A stretch of 64,000 nucleotides of DNA, taken from assembly GCF_009914755.1 (NCBI RefSeq), contig NC_060928.1. One strand, given 5' to 3'. Shown here in pieces: positions 1-12,426 of the stretch (positions are counted from its first letter, which is position 1; each line of letters starts with the position of its first letter). The stretch comes from the human T2T-CHM13v2.0 reference genome, Homo sapiens. A program made the position numbers and the translations under genes. The notes beneath the pieces are model-generated. The model was not told the DNA's origin and did no database searches. It saw only the letters and a program-made list of their open reading frames with translations.

Positions 1-344
<344 letters not shown>

Positions 345-1184
345 TCCACCCTGACTTTTCTAACAGCCCACTATCCCAGTGGCCCTGCCATATTCCTTGG
401 TTACTTAACATCCCTGGTGCATCATCTGGGAAATGGTAGTAATTAACGATTAAATGAGTTAATAGTTGGAAAGTGCTTAGAACTGTGATTCCAGGAGACT
501 GTGTCCCACCTGAACATGAGCTCCTCAGAGCTAGTTCCATGATGTCCAGCTCTGGGCCCCACAGACCCTGGCCCCAAAAGGATGGATCACAAAGGAGCCT
601 GGCAAATCCTCACTGAATGGTCAGCTTGTTTAAAAGATATTTTGGATCAAAAGTCAGTTTTGATGGCATCATAATAGTTTAAAAAGACCTTCTCTTAATG
701 ACTTCAGAAGGTGATGACTATTTGCCAGTCAAAACAAGGGAAGAGGAAGCTGATGGGATGGAACAGAGTATTGACTTCTAAACAACGTTCAGGGGCTGTG
801 CAAGAGACTGTAACTGTTCACCTTACTGACCCCTCAAAGTAACCCCAGGGGAGGAGCCCCTGCCCTCATTTCACCAGTGAGAAAAATGAGACCCTGGAAG
901 GGAAAGCTGCCTGCCTAATATCACAGGGGCTCACCCCTCTATTTCTATCTCCCTGACACACAGCAGGCATGTAGATGTCAGCTGTGTCCTTGAATAAAAA
1001 ATGAAGGAATGCCCAAGTCACACAGCTCCTGAAGGGCACAGTTAGGGTTTGAACCCTGATCTGAGTGCTGGAAAAGGCTCCCAACCTAGTGCCTGTGTGC
1101 TGTGGATGTTACAATGTATCTTCTCTTATGAATCCGGCAGCACCCTCATTTGCAGCCCTGCAGAGAGAAGGCTGATTGAGGACG

Positions 1185-1545
1185 GTCACAGATGGAATGG
1201 CTGTGTCCCCTCAAATTCATATGTTGAAACCCTAACCCCAAGATAATGGTGTTAGGAGGTGGGGCCTTTGGGAGGTCATGAGGTCATGAGGGTGTAGCCC
1301 CCATGAATGGGATTAGTGCCCTTAGAAGAAGGGCCTACAAAAGCTCCCTTGCCCCTTCCCCCATGTGAGGACACAACAGGAAGTCGCCACCTGTGAAACA
1401 GGCATAGGGCCTTCAACAGACACCGAAACTGCTGGCACCTTCATCTTGGACTTCCCAGCTCTAGAACTGTTAGAAATGTTTCTGTTGTTTATGAACCACC
1501 CAGTCTATGGTATCTTTGTTATGGCAGCACCAACAGACTAAGATA
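1185..1545 (+). mobile_element. MLT1A/MLT1A0-type MaLR solo LTR
   Basis: AAATTCATATGTTGAAACCCTAACCCC...GAATGGGATTAGTGCCCTTA...CATCTTGGACTTCCCAGC...GACTAAGA match the recalled MLT1A consensus. Confidence 0.85.
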
Positions 1546-1635
1546 GACTCTAACAGTATCATAAGCCTCCACCCATGAAACTTACACAGTCATTTTCTTA
1601 CAGATTGCCTGCTATTTCCCCCGAGAATAAACAGA

Positions 1636-1862
1636 GTGAACATGTACAGTCATGAAATCACACGCTGTCACACTCACATTCACACACACGCCAATGTGCT
1701 CGGACATACATGTGCACACACAGTTGTACATACAAACACACAGTCATGTACTCGCACACACATTGTCATGTACTTACACATATGCATGGACACTTACCTG
1801 CACACATATTCACACGATACACACTGACACACTCTCATACTCATGCATGTGTGCACACACAG
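1636..1862. repeat. Degenerate (CA)n low-complexity tract; UG-rich in the PPP2R2C pre-mRNA
   Basis: Dense CACA/CATA/TACA units over about 225 bp. Confidence 0.9.
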
Positions 1863-2395
1863 CCCATAAGCAGAGGCTGAACTGCCTGTTCCTTCAGCTA
1901 CTCAGGGTCAAAGCTACTCGGGGTCAGAGCCTCCAGAGGTGAGAACTTGCCCAATTTCATCACTTATGGAGCACACTTAGTGAGCCCAACACAACCCATC
2001 TCAGCCGGTAATTAAACCTGCCGGGCAGATGCTGGTGGGTGTGCATCCCAGAGGCTGGGGATGTTTGTCCTGGTGCAGTTATCAGAGCAAGACCTGACCC
2101 TGCTGGGAGAGAACACCCTGCCGCCTCTCAGCCTGCACCACAGCACGCACCTGTTCCATTCATGATGAGGGGAAAGCCCACATATCCCCTGAGGGCCAGG
2201 GATGACCCCTATTTTCATTCTTGGACACCCCAACAATCCTGGTGGTGGCAGCTGGGGTCACTGAGACTCTGAGAAGTGGAGACTGGCCAAAGGCCACAGC
2301 TAGCAGAGGACTGTGCCGGGGCTAGCACTCAGGGCTGGCCAGCTCCACGACGGGGACCCTCCCAACTCTCATGATGCCCCACAACCCCTGCTCAC

Positions 2396-2414
2396 CCGTG
2401 TCTCTCTTTCCCAT
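2396..2414 (-). CDS. PPP2R2C: PPP2R2C alternative first coding exon, N-terminus MGKRDT(A)
   Basis: Minus strand reads ATG GGA AAG AGA GAC ACG G|GTGAGC. The 19 coding nt end in phase 1 on G, the same as canonical exon 1, so it would join exon 2 as MGKRDT-ADIIS. Consistent with my recollection of a shorter PPP2R2C isoform (not verified). The 5' end of the exon cannot be determined. Confidence 0.75.
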
Positions 2415-2561
2415 CAGCGTCTTCGTTATACTCAATCAGAATGAGGCTGCTCCCTGGTGGCTCTGCAGTTGGCTACTGCCATGTTGCCAGTCAATGGCCA
2501 AAACCAGATCTATGTGGCCCAAATCTAGAGAATTATGCATGGGACAGTAACATAAGTTTTG

Positions 2562-2563
<2 letters not shown>

Positions 2564-2612
<49 letters not shown>
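2564..2612. repeat. (TG)24 microsatellite
   Basis: Perfect TG dinucleotide run. Confidence 0.98.
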
Positions 2613-2614
<2 letters not shown>

Positions 2615-2670
2615 AGGTAAATAAACATTGAAAGAAACAAAATACGGCCTAGTATGCCTTTTTCCTCCTC

Positions 2671-2707
2671 CTGGCTGGAGCTAGAACTGGCTGGAGCTAG
2701 AACTGGC
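2671..2707. repeat. 16-bp tandem duplication (CTGGCTGGAGCTAGAA) x2.3
   Basis: Exact copies at 2671-2686 and 2687-2702, plus CTGGC. Confidence 0.95.
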
Positions 2708-3956
2708 GTGAGCTGGTAAGTTCATCAGAGGCCAGGCAGGCAGTGGATTTATTCGGCAGCACCCTGCATTACTTCCTACATGTACGAAAAGAACCAGTTC
2801 CACTGACCTGAGCTAGGCTCGCAAACTCTCTGATCATGTGCACGGTGGGCATTCTGTGGAAACTAACAAAAGAGCTTTCCCATTTGCAGGTGGCTCCAGG
2901 GTTCATTGCTGGGGCGAGGGAAGTCTCGCAGAAAGCAGGAGGCTGGCGGGAGGAGCATCAGGCAAGCAGCAGTCTCTTTTAGCCTCAAGGATGGCTACAG
3001 GCACCAACAACAACTGGTCACTCAGGACAGCACTTTACAGTTGACACAGACAGCCAGTATCTGGATCTCATTTCACCATGTCAAAGAGCCCTACGAGATG
3101 GGCAGGGGGTTCCTCCTGGTATATGGATGGGGAAACCGAGGCTCAGAGAAGCAAGGGAGAAGGGAGGAGAACTCTTGTTGGGCTCCTAATGTATCCACAA
3201 GGCCCTGGGCTGGATGGAGGGAGGAACAGGGGGTGGGAGAGCCCAATGGGAATCACTACGCCATCACTCCTTCCTGGCTATGCAACCTCAGGCCAATTGC
3301 CTAACCCCTCTGAGCTTCAGGGGCCTCATCTGAAAGCCCGGATGAAAAGCCTTCCATCCCTAGCCGCCTGTGGATGCTCACCACATGTGCTTAGTTTTCC
3401 TGAACAGCCTGCTCCCCTTTCTCTGTGAACTCAGGGTCACCCTCCCAGTGACCATAGGAACCCAGGGTCCACAGAAGAGCATCTCGCTCACACGACAGGA
3501 AGGGATGGTGTCAGGAACAGGTGCGGATATCTGGGGACACAGGGCCATGGAATGCCAGGACAGTGGACAAAAGGCCCCGTCCTCCCACAGAGCCGCTGCC
3601 TCACAGTGCATGCGCCTCGTCCACATGCTGGAGGACCTGCCAGGGCCTTCTCTCTTGGAGGTGAATATCGGGGGGCTTTCAAAGGGATCAAACTGGCCAG
3701 CGCCAGCATGTCCACTGTTACAGCCGGCCTGGGGGCTCAGAGCCCCTCTGAAACTACCAATGGAACATCCCAAGGTCAGACCACCGGCCGTTTCAATCCA
3801 TTTGCATTTGGCAGACATTCAGCCTCTTATTTCAAAGGCAAATTTATGCTTGCTTCACTGTTTCTGCTTTTTTAAAGCAAAGAAAAAAAGCTTTCCCAGC
3901 CTGGGGCTCAAGCATGTCTGGGTCACGGTGACAGTGACACTTTGAAAACCACCTCC

Positions 3957-4165
3957 AGGTGCCTCCAGTCAGGGCAAGCAGGCTTTCTCAGAACCCACGC
4001 TGATCCAGGCCGAGGGGAACCTCAGCTGTGAGGGGGGCACGGTCACTCAGAGGACGGCCCTCACCCATAGCTCATTCCAGATACCAGAGCAGCCACCAGG
4101 AAAGGCTTGGCCAAGTCACCGTGCCTCAATCGACAGCATTCCAGCAGACTTCTGACATTCAACCC
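3957..4165 (+). repeat. Dispersed direct repeat, copy 1 (about 210 bp)
   Basis: Aligns to 6185-6394 at roughly 85% identity by manual alignment. Confidence 0.92.
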
Positions 4166-4214
4166 TGAATCCTGCAGAAGCGGGCAGCAGTGAGGGGCTT
4201 TGAAGAGCTGTGGT

Positions 4215-4470
4215 CACCCAGGAGGGGAACTGAAGGTCATCCAGTCTAACCCTCTCTGGTGTCTGAATCCTTCTACAACAGACCTCCAAGTAGTCCTCCA
4301 GCCATGACTCACATACCTCCTACGATGGGGAGCTCACTACCACATTACACAGCTATTAAGATAGCTCTGATGGTGAAAGCATTCTTCTTCTAAACCTTCC
4401 TCCTAGAAGTTTCTCTCAACTGGTCCAACTCTGCCAGCTGGACCCAAACAGAGCACCCCAACTCCTTTAT
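4215..4470. mobile_element. L3/CR1-type ancient LINE fragment
   Basis: AAGGTCATCCAGTCTAACCCT and GATGGGGAGCTCACTACC motifs typical of L3/CR1 remnants. Confidence 0.55.
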
Positions 4471-4759
4471 CCACAGGATCAGTGACCAGCACCCCAGGAC
4501 CAATTTTTTATCCCAAGTTCCTAGCAGTCCCTGCTGTCACCCTGGGTCTTTCTATTTGGATTTCTCATGAGCAATTTAAACACAACATGTCTAAGACTAA
4601 GTCCACCATTTTCCAAAAACAACCTACTCCTCTACCACCCCTGCCCACCAGCCTAACAAGGATAACAACCTTCCATAACAAGGATATGACAATCGGCTAC
4701 CCGTGTGCCCAGCCCTGGGGTGGCTTCCTTAGGTGCACACAACCGCCCCCACGATGTGT

Positions 4760-4880
4760 GGTTTTCCCCATTTTACAACAGAGAAAACTGAGGTTCAGAA
4801 AGGTCACATAAAGTCACACTGCTACCAAGAGTAGGAGCCAGGATTCGAACCCAGGTCTGACTCAAAGCCTCTTTCCACCA
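4760..4880 (-). mobile_element. MIR SINE fragment
   Basis: CCCATTTTACA..GAGAAAACTGAGGTTCAGA..GGATTCGAACCCAGGTCTGACTC core. Confidence 0.85.
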
Positions 4881-6184
4881 TCCCGTGAAAATACTCAGAG
4901 GCAGTCCATCAGCACAACCTGCGGATGTCCCTCCCAGCTCCTCCTGATCCTCACCTGTGCCCCAGCTCAGCACTTGCCACCAGGGTCTCCAGCACTGCCT
5001 ACCCCATACCTCCAGTGGGAGCTTTCCCAACAGAAAGCAGCTGTGACCCCCGGGGTGAAGCAGAAGCCCTGGCTGCACCCAGCAGCCTGCAGGCTCCTCT
5101 TGTCCCTGCTCCCCTCCCCCATCCTCTGCTGCAGCCACCCCGATGCGCTGGCCAGGCATGAGCTGCCAACACGCCCTCCAGCCCGGGACCACAGATGCCA
5201 AGCAGCAGCACTGGGCTCTGAGTCCAGATCCTTCCACTTCGGGAACCCTGCAGGAGGGCTGGGACCATCTGGCAGGGCTGGAGGAGGAGGGAGACACTTC
5301 TTCCAAGCCTGCTGGGCTCCCTGTGTGTGCCCCAGGGGAAGGCTCCTGGCCATTCTCCCTTCCCCCTGTCGGGGGGAGACTGACTGACGCTGGAGTATTG
5401 GGGAGGGAGATGGGAAAGAGTCCAGCCCCGCCTCTCCTCTCTTCCTGGGGGAGAACAGCCAGGGGCCACTGTACTCTGCTCCACTACCCCCTGCTCCCTC
5501 CACACCTGCCTGCTGGGGTCCAGCACTGGGGAAGCCCACCGGGCCCCTGAACCTAAGCCAGGTCCTGCAGCACCGGCAGCTGGGCAGTGGCAGTGAGGTT
5601 CCGTGTCTCTCTTTGCCGCCCCTTTTGGCTTATGCTCCACGGGTCCAGCCCCTGGGCGGGGAGGGGGATGCCATTTACCAGACCCCCTTGCAGACCCCAC
5701 GAGGAGGAGGGAGTAAGAGAAAAGGGAAGGGTCCAGGTGGTAATGCTGCTTCTGAGAATATAAGTGTAGCCATCACCAGGCCCCATCCACGGGATTTTCA
5801 CAGGGACCCACCTCGGGGTTACGTGAATTAAGGACATGACCATTACCCTTGTTCCACTGTCTGCTGACCCAGGCCTTGGGCCTTGGGAATCTTCCAATGA
5901 GAAGAATCACCTTTTCTGGGGGTACTGCCTCCCTCTCTGTGACCTCAGTTTGCCCCCCTTGGGTGGCACCCAGCCCCTGCCCTACACACTGAGAACAAGC
6001 CTCAGGCTCCCAGGATCCCAAAGACATCACGGGGCATGTTTCCATGCCCAGTCTGCCTGGCACACCCATGCCAGGACCCTCTGGGTGTTGCCCAGGCTTC
6101 TGGATAAACATGTTCTCCTGCTGAGGCTTTCGGGGGCCCCCGGGGACCCCAGTCCATGGCCACATCCTTGCAGCAGTGAGTCAG

Positions 6185-6394
6185 AGGTGCCTCCAGTGAG
6201 GGCAGGCAGGCTTTCTCAGAACCCGCACTGAGCCAGGCAGAGGGGAACCTCGGCTGCGTGGGGGGCATGGTCACTCAGAGGACGGCCCTCGTCCACAGCT
6301 CATTCCAGACACCCAGAGCAGCCATCAGGAAAGCCTCAGAGAAGTCGCCGAGCCTCAAAAGGCAGCATGCCAGCAGATTTCTGTCATTTGACCC
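6185..6394 (+). repeat. Dispersed direct repeat, copy 2
   Basis: Paralogous to 3957-4165. Confidence 0.92.
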
Positions 6395-7532
6395 AATGAT
6401 TTGAGATGACGGAGACTCCCCTTAGCTCTGGCAGATGTGGCCTGACCCTCTGCCGCTGGGACAATGCCTCCAGCAGGCAGGGGCTCTGGAAGGGAAGAAG
6501 GGGGTGGGGAGAACTGGGTTGGGGTCCTCATTCTGCCCCTCACCTTGCCTTGCCGCCTTGGGAAGTCACTTGCTTCTTTGGGCATGTGCTTCCTCATCTG
6601 TAAAATGGGGTGATCATAGCAACCTACAGACGGTGCTGGGACAGGAAGGATGTGGGCAAGTGGACATGAACTGCTCTGCAAGGAGAGTGGTCTTGACTAA
6701 AACGTGGGGCTCAACCATTCAGAGCCACCTACCCACAGGGCTGTTGCCCAGGTGCCCTGGGCACCCGGCTGCTCATGCTCTGGTCACCCCATCCTCAGGA
6801 TGGCCCTAACAGGCAGGACTTGCTATGCCCTCCTGGAGAGGAAGCCAAAGCCCAGCAAGGTTAAGACACTCATCAAGGGCCACACAGCTGCTGCCACGCA
6901 GCAAAGCCAGAATTCAAGTCTGGGTCTAGCTCCAACTCCACGCTCCTATCACCAGCTCGCACGCTTAAACATCCTCCTCCTCTTCTCTAAACTCCTGCAT
7001 CTCCCAGGTGAACCTCGGCCCCAGCATTCTGGCTGCGCTAGGGTAGGGTGGGATCAAATCGCCCCTGGGCCTGGGCACCCTCAACACCCCCCACATAGGC
7101 TGAGCTGCTCTTCCCAAGCCATCAGTCCCTGTGCTGGGTTCACCTCACTTCAGAGATGACTCAGCCAGAGTCCTGTGCTCCCAAAGGGACAATGGTGTGT
7201 CATGGAAGTCACTGCTAGGATGGAGGGAAGCATAGAGGACTTGGGTCTCAGAGGAAGACCTGCCCCTGCCTGCTGGGTGGTCAGAGAGGCTTCCAGAAAC
7301 GTTCCTCATTCTTCAAGCAAATCTCCCCCGAGCTCGGCCTGCCCTGTACTAAGTGCCATGCCTGGTTCTGGGGAGTAAAGTGTGAAGCAGACAGTAGGCC
7401 TGGGCACAGAGACAGGAGGCGGGCACCAGCCCAGTGCTTCCCCTGGGTCCTCACTCAGGGAAACCATCAATATTCCCGTTGACAGCGGAGGAAACCGTGC
7501 CCACTCAGCTTCGCATGCGGTGAGGGTTCCCC

Positions 7533-8040
<508 letters not shown>

Positions 8041-8115
8041 GAGCCCACACCTCATTTTGCAAAAGAGGAGTATCAGGGACTCCTCTTCTGGGATGTTAGG
8101 GCCTGGGATGTGTCT

Positions 8116-8535
8116 GGGTATCAGTGTCCTGTGGCTGCTGTAACATATTACTACACACAGACAGCTAGAAAACAATCGAACTTTATCCTCTCCTAGTTCT
8201 GGAGGCCAGGAATGTGACATCACAGCGTGGGCAGGCCTGGCTCCCTCTGGAAGCTCTGAGGGAGGAGCCGCTCCCTGACTCCCTCCTGGCTTCTGGTGTG
8301 TAGATAAATCACCCCAATCTCTGCCTCTGTCATCACACGGCCTTCCTCTCCCTGTGTCTCTGTGTGTCCTCTCCTTAGAAGGACACCAGCCATTGGACTT
8401 GAGGCCCACTCGAATCCAATATGACCTCATCTTAACTAGTGACATACACAAGAACCCTATTTCCAAATAAGGTCACATTTTGAGGTTCCAAGTGGACATT
8501 ATTCTTGAGAGAAGGACACATTTAAACGCACGACA
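8116..8535 (-). mobile_element. MLT1C-type MaLR LTR
   Basis: GGCTGCTGTAACA..AGTTCTGGAGGCCAG..CCCTATTTCCAAATAAGGTCACATT. Confidence 0.8.
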
Positions 8536-9973
8536 GTCTGCAATCCCCAATTTTTCTGCATCCTCTGGAGAACTATATTCTCAGAGGTACAGACACTTCT
8601 GCGTGTGTGTGCATATGTGTATGTCTCTCTCAGTCACACACACACTCACACACATACAACTACTCCACATGACAGGTGAGCAAGACTTCCCAAGGACAGG
8701 CTGTGCAACGACAGGAGGCTGGCACACAGCCATGACAAATGACCTGTTTCTTGCCCAGTCCCACTGCCAATGTCTCCTTCCATCAGAATGTGCCACCAGT
8801 GATAAAGGTGAGAATAAGATCATTCACCGTACATGAATCAAAAGCATCCCCCCACCTGTCCCGTTCTATCAACAGCAGGCAGCCAGGATCTCACAGGTCC
8901 AGGGACTTGGGGCTGCATGTGCGGCCTCTCGCCCCAAGGACAGATGTACTTTTTCTGCAAAGTGTCTGCCACACCCCCGCCTTGCGAGTCCGGAGGCAGC
9001 TCCCCCAGCTATGTCCCTGCCTTGGGAATCCAGAGGCACCCCTTCACCCTTTCTCTATGCTCATCTCTGACTCCCACCTGCTTAGGTCTGGAAAGGGAAC
9101 CACTGTTGGTTAAGCTCTATCTGCGGGACACGAACTGTCATCCAGGAAATTATGGGCTTGGTCCTCCAACTAACTCAACAACCTCTCACAGAGCAAAAAT
9201 GGAAAAGCTGATGCCCAATAAGAGGACTGGTTAAACATGAGACAATGGAGCCATAGAGTTGGAAACCAGACCTCGACGATGACGGCACAGATAAGTATTT
9301 GACATGGAATGACGGCTGGGACATGCCAGTGCCCAGGTCTGTGCTGGCACACACACTTGTTGGATGTTACTGATGGGATGTGGTAGATGATGTCCCATCA
9401 TCTGCTTACCAAGCCTCCTCCTACGCCACCTACCAGGCAGGCCTCAGAAGGGCAGCAGCCAAGAGCTTGGGCAGCTGGTTCTCCTCGATGTGCCCGAGGA
9501 GGGCTTCGTGGAGGAAGCGGTGCTTTGTGTGCACCCTTCTTCCTATTTGGGGTGTCCACAGAAGTGGAGAGGCCACACCTTTCTCTCTGTTTCCCCCAAA
9601 ACACATGCAGGTATGAGCCCTAGGCTCAGCCCATCACACACCACTTCCTGGTTAGCACATGACCAGTGGGGGCCAATCAGATGCTCCCACCTGGACCCAG
9701 GAGCCAATGCCACAAAGGAGTCAGGGCTGTGCATTCAATCATGGTCGCACTGGCTGGCCCCTGAAGGCCGTGCGGGTCAGCAGCTGGCCTGGCCTGCCAA
9801 AGACAAGCTTGTGCTTCCTACTTCTGGGATTCCCAGGCTGCCATTTTAAAAAGCTGGTTTTTCCACTCTTGCTGAATCTGCAGGCCCCAAATGGAGTGAG
9901 GGTTTGTCCTCATGTTTGCAATTCCGAGCACCCCAAGTGACACCTAAGTGTTTGATAAGTGTTTGTGGATTAC

Positions 9974-10047
9974 CCGGAAGTGCCGCTCTAGATACTGAGT
10001 GTCATCCGCTTTGCACCAGGCACTCTGCGGGCAGCCAAAATGGCGGC
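9974..10047. promoter_or_regulatory. Candidate ETS/GABPA plus YY1 motif pair
   Basis: CCGGAAGTG at 9974-9982 and CAAAATGGCGGC at 10036-10047, in a small CpG-retaining patch. Confidence 0.35.
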
Positions 10048-10956
10048 CGTGAAAACGAAGCCCACAGACCTGGCTGGAATGCTCACGGGCAGATGGACCA
10101 CAAGACGATAAACCAGCGAGGTGACTCCAGACGCGAGGGGGCTGAGAATGACGAGGAGAGGGCACGTGGCATAGGACTGCCGAGGGGGAGCCACCTGCAC
10201 TGGCACTCGGAGGCCAGCCTCCCTGGGGGACTGACATCTTCTGAGACTTGAAAAGAAGTCACAGTTCCTGCCCACCCACTTCACAGTTACCCTGTTGGTA
10301 ACAGAATGAAACAAGATGTAAAAAGGGCTTTGTGAACAGGCCAGGTCTGCTTACCTTCAATAATAGGGTTGTCATCTTACTCTGCCTCCCGATAACCAAA
10401 TGCTTTGCATGTGCTGAGCAGAATGTAAGTGAAGTCAACTTAGGAAAGAAATCCCATAATGTTTCAAGAAGAGCTACTCCCTGTTGCAAAAACCGAATCA
10501 TGCCCCTGAGACGCTGCAGCCGGATGGCACATTGGTGCAATTTTTTTTTTTTTTTTAACTAGAGTCTTGAGTAGTCAAAACTTTGTTTCTCACAAATGCT
10601 CAACCAGTCTTCAGAGGCTCACACCAAAAGGGGGAATTGAGACCCAAGACTTGGGAGGTTGATGAGGCTCCATAAAATATTGACTTTCTAACCAGCCAAT
10701 AGCAGGGCACTGAAATGGAGACAAGTGCCTCTGGGCTTAGCCGCCACTTGCGTGAGACCAAGGCAGACGGCGTGGCCTGCACCATCTCTGGAGGCACACT
10801 AGTGGACCAGGGTTCAACTATCAGTGCCAACGCCCGCCAGCAAGCCCTGTGACTCCGGCAAACGAGTTCACCTCTCTGAGCCTCAGCGTCCTCATTTTTT
10901 TATATGGGGGAAATACTTTGCTGCTAGAGAGAGCTTGAAGAATTAAATTTGGTAAC

Positions 10957-11342
10957 TGTATTCATTTCTAGTGCCACCATAACAAAGTGCCCCAGACTGT
11001 GCCACTTAAACAAAAGAAATCTATTTCCTCACAGTTCTGGAGCTGGAAGTCCAAGATCAAGGTGTCAGCAGGTTGGTTTCTTCTGAGGCCTCTCTCCTGG
11101 CTTGCAGATGGCTGTCTTCTCCCTGTGTCTTCACACAGTTGTCCTTCTGTGTGTGTCTCTGTCCTAATCTCCTCTTCTTATAAGGACACAGTCATATTGG
11201 ATCAGGGCCCACCTTAATGATCCAGTTTAACCTTAGGTACCTCTGTGAAAACCCTGTCTCAAAACACAGTCACATTCTGAGGTGCTGGGGGTTAGGACTT
11301 CAACATGTGAGTTTTGGAGCAGACACAATTCAGCCCATAACA
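10957..11342 (-). mobile_element. MLT1B solo LTR with intact TG...CA termini and 5-bp TSD
   Basis: TSD GTAAC at 10952-10956 and 11343-11347. MLT1B motifs GAAGTCCAAGATCAAGGTG and GGGGGTTAGGACTTCAACAT. Inserted into a MIR. Confidence 0.9.
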
Positions 11343-11491
11343 GTAACACAGTAGGACCTCAGTATATGTCATGCTTACTTGATTAGAGTTTTTAAGTAAC
11401 AACAACTAACCTTGACAGAGCACCTGCTAAGTGCCAGCAGCATGCCATATATTCTACATGCACCACCCCAATCCAGGGTACACCCCAGTGA

Positions 11492-12380
<889 letters not shown>

Positions 12381-12390
12381 TGAGAGTGTG

Positions 12391-12426
12391 TTAGGGTTAG
12401 GGTTAGGGTTAGGGTTAGTGTTAGTG
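12391..12426 (+). repeat. Short interstitial telomeric sequence (TTAGGG)4(TTAGTG)2
   Basis: Read directly from the sequence. Confidence 0.95.

Noticed and set aside
8601-8657. TG-rich/CA-rich inverted arms that could form a hairpin
   Set aside because: Simple-repeat complementarity with no evidence for a structured ncRNA or miRNA.
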